From: an uncultured Acidobacteriota bacterium
Lineage (GTDB): Bacteria; Acidobacteriota; UBA6911
NCBI GenBank assembly: GCA_963843575.1
Contig: CAWJKZ010000017.1
Location: forward strand, 128,001-192,000
Direction of reading: 5' to 3'
Length of the DNA: 64,000 bases
Part shown: one piece after another, positions 7,640 through 17,833 of the stretch
How the letters are laid out: every line of letters starts with the position of its first letter
Position numbering within the stretch: position 1 is the first letter of the stretch
Notes under the pieces: generated by a model
What the model was told of the DNA's origin: nothing
Databases searched by the model: none
Seen by the model: the letters and a program-made list of their open reading frames with translations, nothing else
Program-made: the position numbers and the translations under genes

Positions 7640-9733
7640 CTAGTTCAAGCCGCGGCGGGCCAATAGGGGTGCCACTCCGGGCTCGGCGCCGCGGAATGCC
7701 TTGTACAGGTTCATCGCCTCGTCCGTTCCACCGCGCTCCAGGATGTTGGTCCTGAACGAGCGCGCGGTCGCCGGATCGAAAATCCCTTTCTCTTTGAAGG
7801 CCTGGAAGGCGTCGGCATCGAGCACTTCGCTCCAGATGTAGCTATAGTATCCGGCCGAGTAGCCGCCGCCCGGACCGAAGATGTGGTTGAAGTACGGGCT
7901 GCGGTACCGGACGACGATCTCGGGTAGCATCTGGAGTTTTTGCATCGACTGCCGTTCAAACGCGGTCGTGTCGGGCGTCTGCCCGGCCTGCAGCGTGTGC
8001 CAGTCCATATCCAGGATCGAGGCGGCCAGGTATTCGACGGTGGCGAAGCCCTGGTCGAATTTCTCCGACTGTTTGATCTTGTCGATCAACGCATCCGGGA
8101 TCGGCTCGTTGGACTGGTAATGCCGCGCGTAGACCTTCAACACCTCGGGTTCGAGCGCCCAGTTCTCCATGATCTGCGACGGGAGCTCGACGAAGTCGCG
8201 CGGCACCGACGAGAGGCCGCGATACGGGATGCGGGCCAGCAGCGAGTGCAACGCGTGCCCGAACTCGTGAAACAGGGTGGAGGTTTCCTCCAGACTGAGG
8301 AGCGCGGGCGTGTTCCCGCTCGGGCGGGTGAAGTTGCAGACGTTGACGACGACGGGTCGGATGTCGCGGCCGTTCTTGATCCACTGTTCGCGGAACCGGC
8401 TGCTCCAGGCGCCGACGCGCTTGCCCGGGCGCGGGTGATAGTCGGCGTAGAAGACGCCGAGGTGCGACCCGTCGCCATCCTTGACCTCGAACGCTCTGAC
8501 CTCCGGGTTGTAGACGGGGAGGTCGGGCCGGGGCACAAAGCGCAGCCCATACAGCTTGCCGGCCACATAGAAAGCGCCGTCGCGCACACGCTCGAGCTGG
8601 AAGTACGGCCGCAGCTCCTGCTCGTCGAGGTCGTACCGCTGCTTGCGGAGCTTTTCGGTGTAGTAACGCCAGTCCCAGGGCTCGAGCCTGAACGAGTCAC
8701 CGCCTGTGCGGATCATCTGCTGCAGCGCTGCCGCTTCCTTGAGCGCGACCGCGCGGGCGGGCTCCCACAGCTGCCTCAGGAGTCCGAAGACGCGGTCCGG
8801 CGTCTTGGCCATATTCTCCTCGAGCACGAAGTCGGCGTGTGAACGGTATCCCAGGAGGCGCGCCTTTTCGGCGCGCAGTACCGCGGTGCGCGCCAGGATG
8901 GCCTTGTTGTCGGAGCTGTCGCCGTGGTCGCAACGCGTCGTATAGGCGGTGAGGATCTGCCGCCGCAGCTCGCGGCGCTCCGAGTACTGCAGGAAGGGCC
9001 AGATGCTCGGGGCCTGCAGCGTGAAAACCCACTTCCCTTCCAAACCGGCCGCCCGGGCTGCGTCCGCCGCGGCCGCGATCACGGGAGCCGGCAGGCCCGC
9101 AAGATCATCCTGCCTGTCGATCACGAGCCGGTAAGCGTTCGTCTCGCGCAGAAGGTTGTCGCCAAACTGTATCCCGAGGGCCGTAAGCTCCTGGTTCATC
9201 GTTCGCAGCCGTTCCTTCTGCGCGGGGTCGAGCTTGGCGCCCCCCCGAACGAAGCTGCGGTAGGTGTCTCCAAGCAGCCTCGCCTGGATCGCATTCAGCC
9301 CGGGCGCGTCCCTCTTCTCCCACAGGCTGTCGACGCGCCGGAAAAGCGCCTCGTTCAGCCGGATGTCGTCGCGCAGGGCACTGAGCATCGGCGCCACCTC
9401 GCGGTTGATCGCCTGCAGCCGGGGATTTGTCTCCGCAGAGCTCAGGTTGGAAAAAACCGAGCCTACTTTCGACAGGAGCTCGCCCGACGCGTCCAGGGCC
9501 TCGATGGTATTGGCAAAGGAGGGAGTGGCCGGGTCTTTGGCGATGGTGTCGACTTCGGCCCGCTGTCGGGCGATCGCCTCTTTAAACGCGGGGACGAAGT
9601 GTTCTTCCCGGATCGAGCCGAAAGGCGGGACCCCGAAGGGCGTGGTCCACTCCTGCAGCAGCGGGTTTTCAGGCGGCGCCGGCGCGAGGGTGGCGGAAGC
9701 GAAAAGGATGAGGGAAAGGATGACCTTGGCCAT
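7640..9733 (-). CDS. dcp: M3-family metallopeptidase, peptidyl-dipeptidase Dcp-like
   Basis: NPLL..W.TPFGVPPF, LFHEFGHALH, RDFVELPSQIMENW and YSAGYYSYIWSEVLDADAF; N-terminal signal peptide. Confidence 0.9.
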   Translation of the reverse strand: MAKVILSLILFASATLAPAPPENPLLQEWTTPFGVPPFGSIREEHFVPAFKEAIARQRAEVDTIAKDPATPSFANTIEALDASGELLSKVGSVFSNLSSAETNPRLQAINREVAPMLSALRDDIRLNEALFRRVDSLWEKRDAPGLNAIQARLLGDTYRSFVRGGAKLDPAQKERLRTMNQELTALGIQFGDNLLRETNAYRLVIDRQDDLAGLPAPVIAAAADAARAAGLEGKWVFTLQAPSIWPFLQYSERRELRRQILTAYTTRCDHGDSSDNKAILARTAVLRAEKARLLGYRSHADFVLEENMAKTPDRVFGLLRQLWEPARAVALKEAAALQQMIRTGGDSFRLEPWDWRYYTEKLRKQRYDLDEQELRPYFQLERVRDGAFYVAGKLYGLRFVPRPDLPVYNPEVRAFEVKDGDGSHLGVFYADYHPRPGKRVGAWSSRFREQWIKNGRDIRPVVVNVCNFTRPSGNTPALLSLEETSTLFHEFGHALHSLLARIPYRGLSSVPRDFVELPSQIMENWALEPEVLKVYARHYQSNEPIPDALIDKIKQSEKFDQGFATVEYLAASILDMDWHTLQAGQTPDTTAFERQSMQKLQMLPEIVVRYRSPYFNHIFGPGGGYSAGYYSYIWSEVLDADAFQAFKEKGIFDPATARSFRTNILERGGTDEAMNLYKAFRGAEPGVAPLLARRGLN

Positions 9734-9774
9734 GGGTGTTGGTTCCTCCGATATGAAGAACTAGCGCAAGCGTT

Positions 9775-10010
9775 CTAGAACAAGTGGGCCCGGGCTTCAG
9801 CCCGGACGCTGTTTGCAGTCGCTATAACGTGCGCCCGTCGCCACATAGATCAGATCAAAAGACGTCCGGGCTGAAGCCCGGACCCACTTGTTTTACGGGC
9901 AGCGCGGGCTGTTCAACCGTTGGACAGCCTCTTCAGCCTGGACGTCTTTTCACTGACCGGTTTGGCGACCGCAAACTGCGTCTGGGCTGAAGCCCGGACC
10001 CACTTGTTTC
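9775..10010. repeat. Cluster of REP-like palindromes (GTGGGYCCGGGCTTCAGCCCGGAC family)
   Basis: Copies at 9784-9807, inverted at 9864-9887 and at about 9980-10003, plus a MITE end at 9918-9931. Confidence 0.85.
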
Positions 10011-10030
10011 ATGCCAAACGCGGGCGCGGG

Positions 10031-12124
10031 TCAGCGGTCAGGTCGCCGGTTACCCTCCAGTTCGTCGAGGGCGCGCCCGGTCGCGGCCAGAAGCGCGTCC
10101 GGGCCGACAGGGGCACCGGTCGCGTTTTTCATCCACAGGTCGGGGGCTATGTTGCCCGACTTGACCATCCGTTCGAACTCGGATCCGACTGTCCCCGCCT
10201 TCCTGATCTGCTCCTCGATCTGGTGTGCGATCAGGTGACCGATCGGGTAATCGGGCAGATAGAGGAACGCGTCGATCATGTGCGAGTAGACCCCGAGCAG
10301 CACGACATCCTTGCGGTTGAACACCGGAGCGCAATACTTGTTCCAGGTGTCTCTGGAGATCTGGATGACGGCCTCCTTCAGCTGAACAGCCGTCGCATCG
10401 GGGTGGTCGTACATCCAGTGCCAGACCGCCATGTCGACCAGCGCCACGGCCGAGATCTCGTAGGTGCCCCAGAAATCGTTGAGGGTCTTAAGCGCCTCTC
10501 CCTTCGGGTCGGCCGAGGCGAGCTCGAGCAGCTGCAGGTCGCGTCCCTGGAAGACGAAGGCGAGCGCTTCGGTGAAGGCGGTATTGGGCACGCCGTTGAG
10601 GAGGTAGTGGTCGATGTAGTTGAGTGACAGCGTCTGTTCGACGTTGTGACCCATTTCGTGGACCGCGATATTGAACCCCTTGTAGTTCATCCCGCCCTTC
10701 TCGATGCGCGTGCGCAGGTGGGCCTTGGCGGAGCGCATCGATGCGCCCATGGCGTGCCCGGAACCGCGGGCGGGATCCACGAGGATGTTTTCGGCGATCT
10801 GCCCGGCGCGCTCGTGCTCGAAGCCGAGCGCCTCGAGCATGCGGGGGATGTCCGCGCGGTACGCCTCCGCGGACGGGTATCGTTGCGCCACGATCTTGTC
10901 GAGTTCCGCCTCGGAGTACCTGGTCTCGGCGCGGAAACCGTTGTACCAGATGTCGAAGGGTTCCAGCGGCCGTCCCAGCCGGGTTTCGATGAGTCTTGCG
11001 GTGCGGCGCACGGCCGGTGAGAGCAGGACGCTCTCGAGCATCGCGCGGACCCGGGCCTCCGGGAGTTCGCGGTTTTCGTCGAACCGGCGTGCGATCAGGG
11101 TGGGGGCGGTCGGTGAGTAAGGGTCGGCCTTCCTCGCGGCCTGGAATGTCCCCAGGAGCTCTTCGTAGCGCCGCGCCCCTTCCGGCGCAGGTGACGGGTT
11201 CGCGGCCGCTCCGGGGCGCGCACCCTCGTCGTCCCGGACGGCGGCAGACCGCACCTCGTTTGTGAACGGATTCCAGTCCACGCGGGGATTGTCGATGACG
11301 GCGGCGGGAATGGTCTGGGTCACGATCCGTTCCATGACCTGCTGAATCATGCGCTGTTTGGCCGGTCCGGTCTGGCGGTCGGCGTAATCGGCCTTGATCT
11401 CGTCGCGCAGGTTCCAGTGGGACAGCAGCCTCATTCCGGGCGGGAACAGGCGGCTTCCCCGATCGTCGATCAGGTGGTGCATCCAGATGTTGTATTCGGA
11501 GATGTAGCGGTCGGCCTCCGACCCGGCGGCAGCGATCGCCAGGTTCACGCCGGCGGGGATGCGCTTGGAGAACATCTGGGCCAGCCGCGCCTCCGCCCAC
11601 TGCCGGCGCGTCCAGCCCTCCCCTTGGGCCAGCCGCTGCTCGAGCGTCGTCAGGGGAAAGTTGAGCAAAACGGTGAATGCGATCTTGTTGTCGAAGAAGT
11701 CGTCGATGGCGTGGGCCGAAGGGTCGTAACCAGCGAACAGCTCGTCGTAGGGCTGGATGGACCCCCGGTCGAGGTCGACCTGCTGGCGGAACTCGCGCGT
11801 GAGCTCCTGCATGTGGCCGAAGAGCTGTTCGACAAGGTGCTCGTAGCGGTTGAACATGGTGTCGAGCGCCGCCTGGTCGGCGGCGAAATTCCCCAGGAGG
11901 AACTCCTCGAACGCCTTCCGGTCGCCATCTTCGGCGCGCCACAGGCGCGACACCTGGGCGATGCCGCGCGAGGCCCGGTCGCGGATCCCCTCCCCATGAC
12001 GCCTCACCAGTTCGGCCTCGGCGCTCGTCCCTGCCTCTTTCAACCACGGTGCCTGTGCCGCTTCCGACATGGCCACTCCTGCGATCAGGATGAGAAGCGC
12101 AGCAAACTTTCGAAGTTCCGTCAT
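10031..12124 (-). CDS. Uncharacterised exported gluzincin-like protein
   Basis: Signal peptide; AVHEMGHNVEQ followed by NTAFTEALAF, an HExxH...E arrangement. Confidence 0.75.
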   Translation of the reverse strand: MTELRKFAALLILIAGVAMSEAAQAPWLKEAGTSAEAELVRRHGEGIRDRASRGIAQVSRLWRAEDGDRKAFEEFLLGNFAADQAALDTMFNRYEHLVEQLFGHMQELTREFRQQVDLDRGSIQPYDELFAGYDPSAHAIDDFFDNKIAFTVLLNFPLTTLEQRLAQGEGWTRRQWAEARLAQMFSKRIPAGVNLAIAAAGSEADRYISEYNIWMHHLIDDRGSRLFPPGMRLLSHWNLRDEIKADYADRQTGPAKQRMIQQVMERIVTQTIPAAVIDNPRVDWNPFTNEVRSAAVRDDEGARPGAAANPSPAPEGARRYEELLGTFQAARKADPYSPTAPTLIARRFDENRELPEARVRAMLESVLLSPAVRRTARLIETRLGRPLEPFDIWYNGFRAETRYSEAELDKIVAQRYPSAEAYRADIPRMLEALGFEHERAGQIAENILVDPARGSGHAMGASMRSAKAHLRTRIEKGGMNYKGFNIAVHEMGHNVEQTLSLNYIDHYLLNGVPNTAFTEALAFVFQGRDLQLLELASADPKGEALKTLNDFWGTYEISAVALVDMAVWHWMYDHPDATAVQLKEAVIQISRDTWNKYCAPVFNRKDVVLLGVYSHMIDAFLYLPDYPIGHLIAHQIEEQIRKAGTVGSEFERMVKSGNIAPDLWMKNATGAPVGPDALLAATGRALDELEGNRRPDR

Positions 12125-12337
12125 ACCCACTCCCGGCCCCCTCGTGTCGATGTATCGTACAAACCTGGACATGAACCTTATACGCATCTTGAACCGCAGG
12201 GCAAGGGCAGGCAAAAAACAAGCCCCGGGATACACGGAAGGAATCGTCGAGACCATGAAATCAGGTTCCGACTTTCCGTCCTCCGCATCGAGATCCGCGT
12301 AAGGCAGCTCACCTGGAAGGCACGTCCCGAAGAACTC

Positions 12338-13636
12338 TCACTTGCCGATGCAGATGAGCTGATCGTCGCTCCGGAAGAAAATGTTGCCACCCGAGATCGC
12401 GGGCGAGGCCGTGATGCGCTCGCCGAGGCGGTTGCGTGCCAGGATCCTCCGCTCGCGCCCGGCCTCCGCGACGATCGTTTCTCCGGATTCGGCGGTGAAG
12501 TACACCTTGCCGTCGCCAGCCACGGGCGAGGCGAAGAAGAGCCCGCCGGCGCGCTCCTGCCAGAGCCTCGCACCCGACTTCTGATCCACGCAGGTGAGGA
12601 CGCCGGCGTCGTTGGCCATGAAGATGAGGCCCTGGTAGGCGACGACCGACGACACGTAAGCCCCGCCGGCGGGAACGGACCAGAGGACATGCGTATCCGT
12701 GATGTCGCCGCGGCCCCCGAGCCGGATCGCCATGTACGGGCTGCTCCTGTAGCCACGGCTGGTGTAGAGGACGCCGTCCTCGAAGGAGGGGACGGGAACC
12801 GAGAGCTGAACCGGAGTCCCCGTAAACCAGAGACGCTTGCCGGTCGCAGGCTCGTAGGACTCTATCCGCGCGCTCGTGTTGACGATCAGCTCGTCGCCGG
12901 CCGGGCCACGAACGACGGTTGGGGTGCTGTAGGAACGCAACTCCTTGCCGCGGTCCACCTTCCAGCGCTCGCGGCCGGTCCGGGTGTCGAGCGCCACCAT
13001 GTAGGCCGACGGCTTGTGGTCGCAAAGCAGGATCAGCAGGTCGTGGTAGAGCGCGGGCGAACTGCCGTGCCCCCAGTCGATGTCAAACGGCGCATACTCC
13101 CTGGCCATGTGCCGCTGCCAGACGAGCCGGCCGGCCGCGTCGAGCGCCACCAACTGACCGGTTGCGAACCACGCATACACCTGGCGGCCGTCGGTGACCG
13201 GGCTCGGGCTGGCCATGTTGTGGTTTTGGTGAAGCTCGGGAAGCTCCCCTTCCGCGGCAAACCGGTGTTCCCAGGCACGCGCACCGTCGGAGCGCCGGAA
13301 CGCCTCGACCGCAAACTGGACCTCCTGTGAGTCCGCCCGCGCCGCCAGCGGCTTCTCCGGTTCGATCCCTTCGCCCCGAGCCAGGGTCGGGTGGGATCCC
13401 GGGCGCAACCGGGCCTTCCCGATCTGCGAGGTTACCACCACCAGATCACCCCAAACAATCGGCGACGAAGCCCCGGAACCGGCCAGCCCCACCTTCCAGC
13501 GAGCGTCCCCTGCAGTCCACTTCTCCGGCAGGACCGTTTCGGACGAGACCCCGGAACCGGCCGGGCCCCTCCACTGCGGCCAGTCTTCCCCTAACGCCGT
13601 TCCGGCCAGAAACACGAAGGCAAGGAACCACTTCAT
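12338..13636 (-). CDS. PQQ-like (BamB-type) beta-propeller protein
   Basis: Signal peptide, DWPQWRGP, and repeated SSP...G...W units. Confidence 0.9.
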   Translation of the reverse strand: MKWFLAFVFLAGTALGEDWPQWRGPAGSGVSSETVLPEKWTAGDARWKVGLAGSGASSPIVWGDLVVVTSQIGKARLRPGSHPTLARGEGIEPEKPLAARADSQEVQFAVEAFRRSDGARAWEHRFAAEGELPELHQNHNMASPSPVTDGRQVYAWFATGQLVALDAAGRLVWQRHMAREYAPFDIDWGHGSSPALYHDLLILLCDHKPSAYMVALDTRTGRERWKVDRGKELRSYSTPTVVRGPAGDELIVNTSARIESYEPATGKRLWFTGTPVQLSVPVPSFEDGVLYTSRGYRSSPYMAIRLGGRGDITDTHVLWSVPAGGAYVSSVVAYQGLIFMANDAGVLTCVDQKSGARLWQERAGGLFFASPVAGDGKVYFTAESGETIVAEAGRERRILARNRLGERITASPAISGGNIFFRSDDQLICIGK

Positions 13637-13784
13637 GGCATATCCTCCCGGGGGTGACACGACAGAATGCCCGGACCGTCAGTATATGGGAGTCTCATCT
13701 CCAGGCTGTACGGGAACCGGTTGGCGGCGTAACCTTATGGTTCATGTAGCTGAGTTCACGTCAGCCACGGAACGGAGAAACCGC

Positions 13785-14105
13785 ATGAAACGCTGCATGG
13801 GTTTTTGCCTCATACTGTCGATCATCCTGATCGCGGCCGCTCCAATGGTCGCGCAGGACCAACCTGCCGCTCAACAACGGGCCCGCTACACCGGGACGGT
13901 GGCCGACCTCAACAAGGACGCCTCGTCCTTCACGCTGCAGGGCGACAACAAAGTCCAAATCTACTTCGACCCGAACACCAAGATCACGATCCGCAACGAG
14001 GCCGGCACCCTCGCCGACCTGAAGAACGGCCAGAAGGTGATCTGCCTGGTTGACGCCGCGGACCAGGGCAAGTTGACGGCCAAGCGGATCGACATCAGAG
14101 AGTGA
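13785..14105 (+). CDS. Small exported beta-rich protein (DUF5666/OB-fold-like)
   Basis: Signal peptide; YTGTVADL...TKIT...LADLKNGQKV...AKRIDI; GGAG RBS. Confidence 0.8.
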   Translation: MKRCMGFCLILSIILIAAAPMVAQDQPAAQQRARYTGTVADLNKDASSFTLQGDNKVQIYFDPNTKITIRNEAGTLADLKNGQKVICLVDAADQGKLTAKRIDIRE

Positions 14106-14129
14106 CGGCACTCGCGCAGCAGGGCGAGC

Positions 14130-15077
14130 TCAGGGGGCGGACTGCGCGCCACCGCCCCTGATGCGCTTGTAGGCGGGCGGGTGACGGTTTGCCGGTCCGT
14201 ATACCTGGTTGAAGGCGGAACGGACTTTCCTGAGCGCCGTCAGGTTCAGGTCCCCCACGAGCACGTTCTCTGCCCGATCCAGTTCGTCCACCGTCGAGCC
14301 GTCGAAATCGATGATCGAGCTCGTCCCGGAATTGTGCGGCGCGGCGAAGTTCACGCGCACGAGGTAAACCCGGTTCTCCAGCGCGCGCGTCTGGAAGAGG
14401 TGGACCAGGAGCGGACGGGAGAAGTCGCTGGTGCAGTACGGGGAGAAAACGATCTCGGCCCCGCCCAGCGCGAGTTCCCGGGTGGACTCCGGGTGCTGGA
14501 TGTCGTAGCAGATCTGAATTCCCACGACAGTCCGGATGCCGTCGATTTCGACCTGCCACACCGGGAAACCGTCGCCGCGGTTGACCCCCGACGCGACCAT
14601 CCAGTTCTGCAGGTGGACCTTGCTGTATTTCCCGACGATGTCGCCGGCGGGATTGATCAGGACCGCCGTGTTGAACAGCCGTCCGTCACGGTTTTCGTCC
14701 ATGCCGAAAACCATCCAGACCCGCAGTTCGCGGGCGAGGGCCCCGAGCCGTGTGGTCGTGGGACCCGGGATCGTCTCCGCCGCCTCCAGGATCCTGCGGC
14801 GCATATCGACGAGCGTGGGATCGTCCAGCGCCGTGTCGGGCTGCAATCGGACACGCGGGTAACCCTGCAGGGCCACCTCGGGGGAACACAGGATGCGGGC
14901 GCCGCGCGCCGCCGCTTGCCGCATCAGCTCCTCCGCGCGCTTCAGGTTGTACTCCTTATCGAACTCGCGAGCGTTCATCTGGATGAGACCGACACGGATC
15001 ACGTCGTCGGCGCGGAGCGCCGCGCAAGGCACAAGGACTGCGACAGCCAGCCAAGCCCACCGAATCGCCCGCATCAC
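14130..15077 (-). CDS. Exported carbon-nitrogen hydrolase (nitrilase superfamily)
   Basis: E-K-C triad contexts CSPE, YSKVHL and ICYD; signal peptide. Confidence 0.9.
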   Translation of the reverse strand: MMRAIRWAWLAVAVLVPCAALRADDVIRVGLIQMNAREFDKEYNLKRAEELMRQAAARGARILCSPEVALQGYPRVRLQPDTALDDPTLVDMRRRILEAAETIPGPTTTRLGALARELRVWMVFGMDENRDGRLFNTAVLINPAGDIVGKYSKVHLQNWMVASGVNRGDGFPVWQVEIDGIRTVVGIQICYDIQHPESTRELALGGAEIVFSPYCTSDFSRPLLVHLFQTRALENRVYLVRVNFAAPHNSGTSSIIDFDGSTVDELDRAENVLVGDLNLTALRKVRSAFNQVYGPANRHPPAYKRIRGGGAQSAP

Positions 15078-16057
15078 CGTCCCTCCTTCCGGTCCCGGCC
15101 CGCCGCGTCGAGGTGCCGGCCCAGGAAAACCACGACTTTTTCGAACGCCTGCGCGGCCCGTGCGTCGTCCATGTCGTGGTCGAAGCCATGCTGGCCTCCG
15201 GCGATCGGGATGAATTCGTGCGTCACACCCGCTCGCGTCAGCTCGCGATCCATCAGGACCGACTGCTCAAAAGGTACGTCGGTATCCTGGTCCCCGTGCA
15301 GGAGCAGGGTCGGAGGGTATTGCGCATCGACGTTGCGGACCGGGCAGAACGGGTCGAACCGGCGCGGTTCGGCCCCGGGGTCGATGCCGGCGACCTCCTT
15401 CGGCCAGAGTCCCTGTTGCCGGCAATAGAGGTAAAACGGCCAGCGGCTCTCTTCGGCGGCGTCCGCGCATCCCGGCGGCCGCCCCACCCCGGCGAGGGCC
15501 TGCGCCCTGGACACCGCCGGTTCCTTCAGGTAGAACGGGTCCGGCCGGCTGTACCACTCCCCGACGATGTCTCCGTAGCCGTAGAACGACACGATCGCGC
15601 GCGGCCTGGGACTCAGTCGATGACCGCACGTGAGTGCGAGATACCCGCCCGCCGAGTGCCCAATGACGCCGATGCGGTCCGGATCGATGCCGGCGAGGGA
15701 TGGCCCACGCACGCGCATCCATCGGTAGGCCCCGGCCACGTCTTCGAGGATGGCCGGCAGCTTGGTTTCGGGGGCGAGCCGGTAATCGATCGAGACGACG
15801 ACGAAGCCGGCCTCCAGGTAACGCGCCAGCTGGCGCCGGTTGATCTTGGTCTTGTCGCCGAAGATGAGTGCCCCGCCGTGCAGCCAGAGGAGCGCGGGGC
15901 GCGCGCCCGCGCCGCCGGTCCGGTATATGTCCGCCCCGATTCGGCAAGCGCCGACGCTCTTGTATACAATCGTCCGCGCCGGCGGAACCTCCGACGCGGC
16001 CGCTGCGGGGCCCCCGCCGAACAGGGCCATCAGGACCGCGACCCATGCCGGTATCAT
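15074..16057 (-). CDS. Alpha/beta hydrolase (HSL-like esterase)
   Basis: HGGA oxyanion motif, GHSAGG nucleophile, HGDQDTDVP and QHGFD; GGAGG RBS. Confidence 0.9.
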   Translation of the reverse strand: MIPAWVAVLMALFGGGPAAAASEVPPARTIVYKSVGACRIGADIYRTGGAGARPALLWLHGGALIFGDKTKINRRQLARYLEAGFVVVSIDYRLAPETKLPAILEDVAGAYRWMRVRGPSLAGIDPDRIGVIGHSAGGYLALTCGHRLSPRPRAIVSFYGYGDIVGEWYSRPDPFYLKEPAVSRAQALAGVGRPPGCADAAEESRWPFYLYCRQQGLWPKEVAGIDPGAEPRRFDPFCPVRNVDAQYPPTLLLHGDQDTDVPFEQSVLMDRELTRAGVTHEFIPIAGGQHGFDHDMDDARAAQAFEKVVVFLGRHLDAAGRDRKEGR

Positions 16058-16080
16058 GGCAAAGCCTCCCAACCTGCGGG

Positions 16081-17727
16081 TCACTTCCCGAGCAGTCCGC
16101 GGAGCATGCTGCGCACGTCCCCGAGACCACGCACACTGGCTATGATCGACACTACCACGAAAAGCCCCAGCGCCAACGCGAATACCAGGGGCCAGGCAAG
16201 ACGCCACGTGCCGGCGCCGATCACTCCCGAGTTAAGATAATAGCCCGTGACGGGGACAAGGGCACCCAGCAGACACAGAAGCACACCCCGCACGATCCCC
16301 GACGGGACATGCGGGCCAACCAGCGATCCACCCCACATCCCGACGAGGGCGGAGGCGAAGCTGATGACCCCGATGGCGCCGGTCCAGCCCTGAGGATTGG
16401 GAATCACGAAATAGATCGAGGTAGCCGCCCCGCCCAGCACCAGGGAGCACAGCGCGCCGAAACGATGGGCCCGCTTCCAGTAAAGCCCGCCCACGACGGC
16501 CCAGAACGTCCCCGCAAGGAAGAGGTTTGCGGTCATCTGCAGGTAGAAGTACGTTGCGGTCGGCACGATGTAAAACAGCCCCCAGCCGACGATGAACACG
16601 GTCAGGACCACGATGGTCAGCTGGTTGACGACCAACTGGGTCCTGCCGCTGAGCGGTCGACGGACCATGGGGATCAGGACGTCCTGCGAAATGACCGAAC
16701 TCCACGCGAGCAGATAGCCGCTGTAGGTGGACATCGAAGCGGCCAGCATCCCGGCGATGACGAGGCCGAGCACGCCGGGAGGCAGAACGTCGCGCAGGAA
16801 GGTCGGCATTGCCTCGATGGGTTTCCCCATCCGGTTGCCCAGGTAGGCCATCGCTGCAATGCCCCAGACGAAGGGCAGGATCGCGCGCGCCAGAGCGAGA
16901 TAGCCCGTCCAGGTGAAGATCTTCCGGCTGGTCTCGGGGCTTTCCGAGGAGAAGGTGCGCGACGCGATCGGGGCCCATGTGGTCAGGAGCGCAAGCCAGG
17001 AAAACACCTGCCATATTATGAACTTCCACCCGAGGTCGGGATGGACCATCGGATTGAACCCCTTGTCGCCCAGATTGGCCTGCACCGCGTCGACCATCGA
17101 GGTCCAGCCCACCGCGTAAAAGCAGTAGAACGTGATGATGAGCATGCTCACGGCGAGCACGATGTATTGAACGTAGTTGGTGACGATCACGGAGACCATG
17201 CCGCCCAGCACCGTGTAGACCAGCACGATCGCCATCAGGAACACCATGGTCCAGACGATGTATTGCTGCGGCACCCCGGTGACGATGTTGAGGAAGGTCG
17301 CTTCGATGATCGGGAACACCCCGAAATTCAGCGCTCCTCCGACCGCCATGAGTACGCCGGCCAACACCCGGACGTCCCGCCCGTACTTCGTCTCGAAGAA
17401 ATGCGAGATCGTGACCAGTTCGAGTTCGCGGTAGCGCCTGATGACGAACCCGGTCCGCCCCACCAGCAGGTACACCGCCGCCGTTATGATGCCGGACAGA
17501 AACGCGGCGAACCCGAACACCACCCCCATTTCCGCATAGTACATGTAGGTGATGATCCCGATCTCGGTCGCGACGAGCGAGATCATGCCCACGTACATTC
17601 CCATGCCGCGGCCGGCAATGAGAAAGGCCTCCGAATTCTTGACGTACCGTTTGCCGAGGATCCCCACGTAAAACACGACGCCGAGATACGCGGCCAGGAT
17701 GATCCAGTCGATTGGCGTGAAGTTCAT
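16081..17727 (-). CDS. Sodium:solute symporter family protein
   Basis: FLIAGRG, YTVLGGMVSVIVT and GMLAASMST motifs; many TM segments. Confidence 0.92.
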   Translation of the reverse strand: MNFTPIDWIILAAYLGVVFYVGILGKRYVKNSEAFLIAGRGMGMYVGMISLVATEIGIITYMYYAEMGVVFGFAAFLSGIITAAVYLLVGRTGFVIRRYRELELVTISHFFETKYGRDVRVLAGVLMAVGGALNFGVFPIIEATFLNIVTGVPQQYIVWTMVFLMAIVLVYTVLGGMVSVIVTNYVQYIVLAVSMLIITFYCFYAVGWTSMVDAVQANLGDKGFNPMVHPDLGWKFIIWQVFSWLALLTTWAPIASRTFSSESPETSRKIFTWTGYLALARAILPFVWGIAAMAYLGNRMGKPIEAMPTFLRDVLPPGVLGLVIAGMLAASMSTYSGYLLAWSSVISQDVLIPMVRRPLSGRTQLVVNQLTIVVLTVFIVGWGLFYIVPTATYFYLQMTANLFLAGTFWAVVGGLYWKRAHRFGALCSLVLGGAATSIYFVIPNPQGWTGAIGVISFASALVGMWGGSLVGPHVPSGIVRGVLLCLLGALVPVTGYYLNSGVIGAGTWRLAWPLVFALALGLFVVVSIIASVRGLGDVRSMLRGLLGK

Positions 17728-17833
17728 ATTTGATTCCCTGTCAGGCTACGGGTGCATCTGCTGGAAAGCTCAGTGGTCAATTGCATAAACTCTTTCGGAC
17801 GCGGATGGACGCGAATCCACGCACCATAGGCGG

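Noticed and set aside
9775-10010. Repeat cluster as a CRISPR array
   Set aside because: Units are inverted relative to each other, irregularly spaced and palindromic; there are no cas genes. The pattern is REP-like.
11417-13330. Long antisense or alternate-frame ORFs (also 15868-17733, 47186-49318, 52289-54409, 55015-56835, 57225-59138)
   Set aside because: Shadow ORFs overlapping well-supported genes in GC-rich DNA, with biased composition and no motifs.
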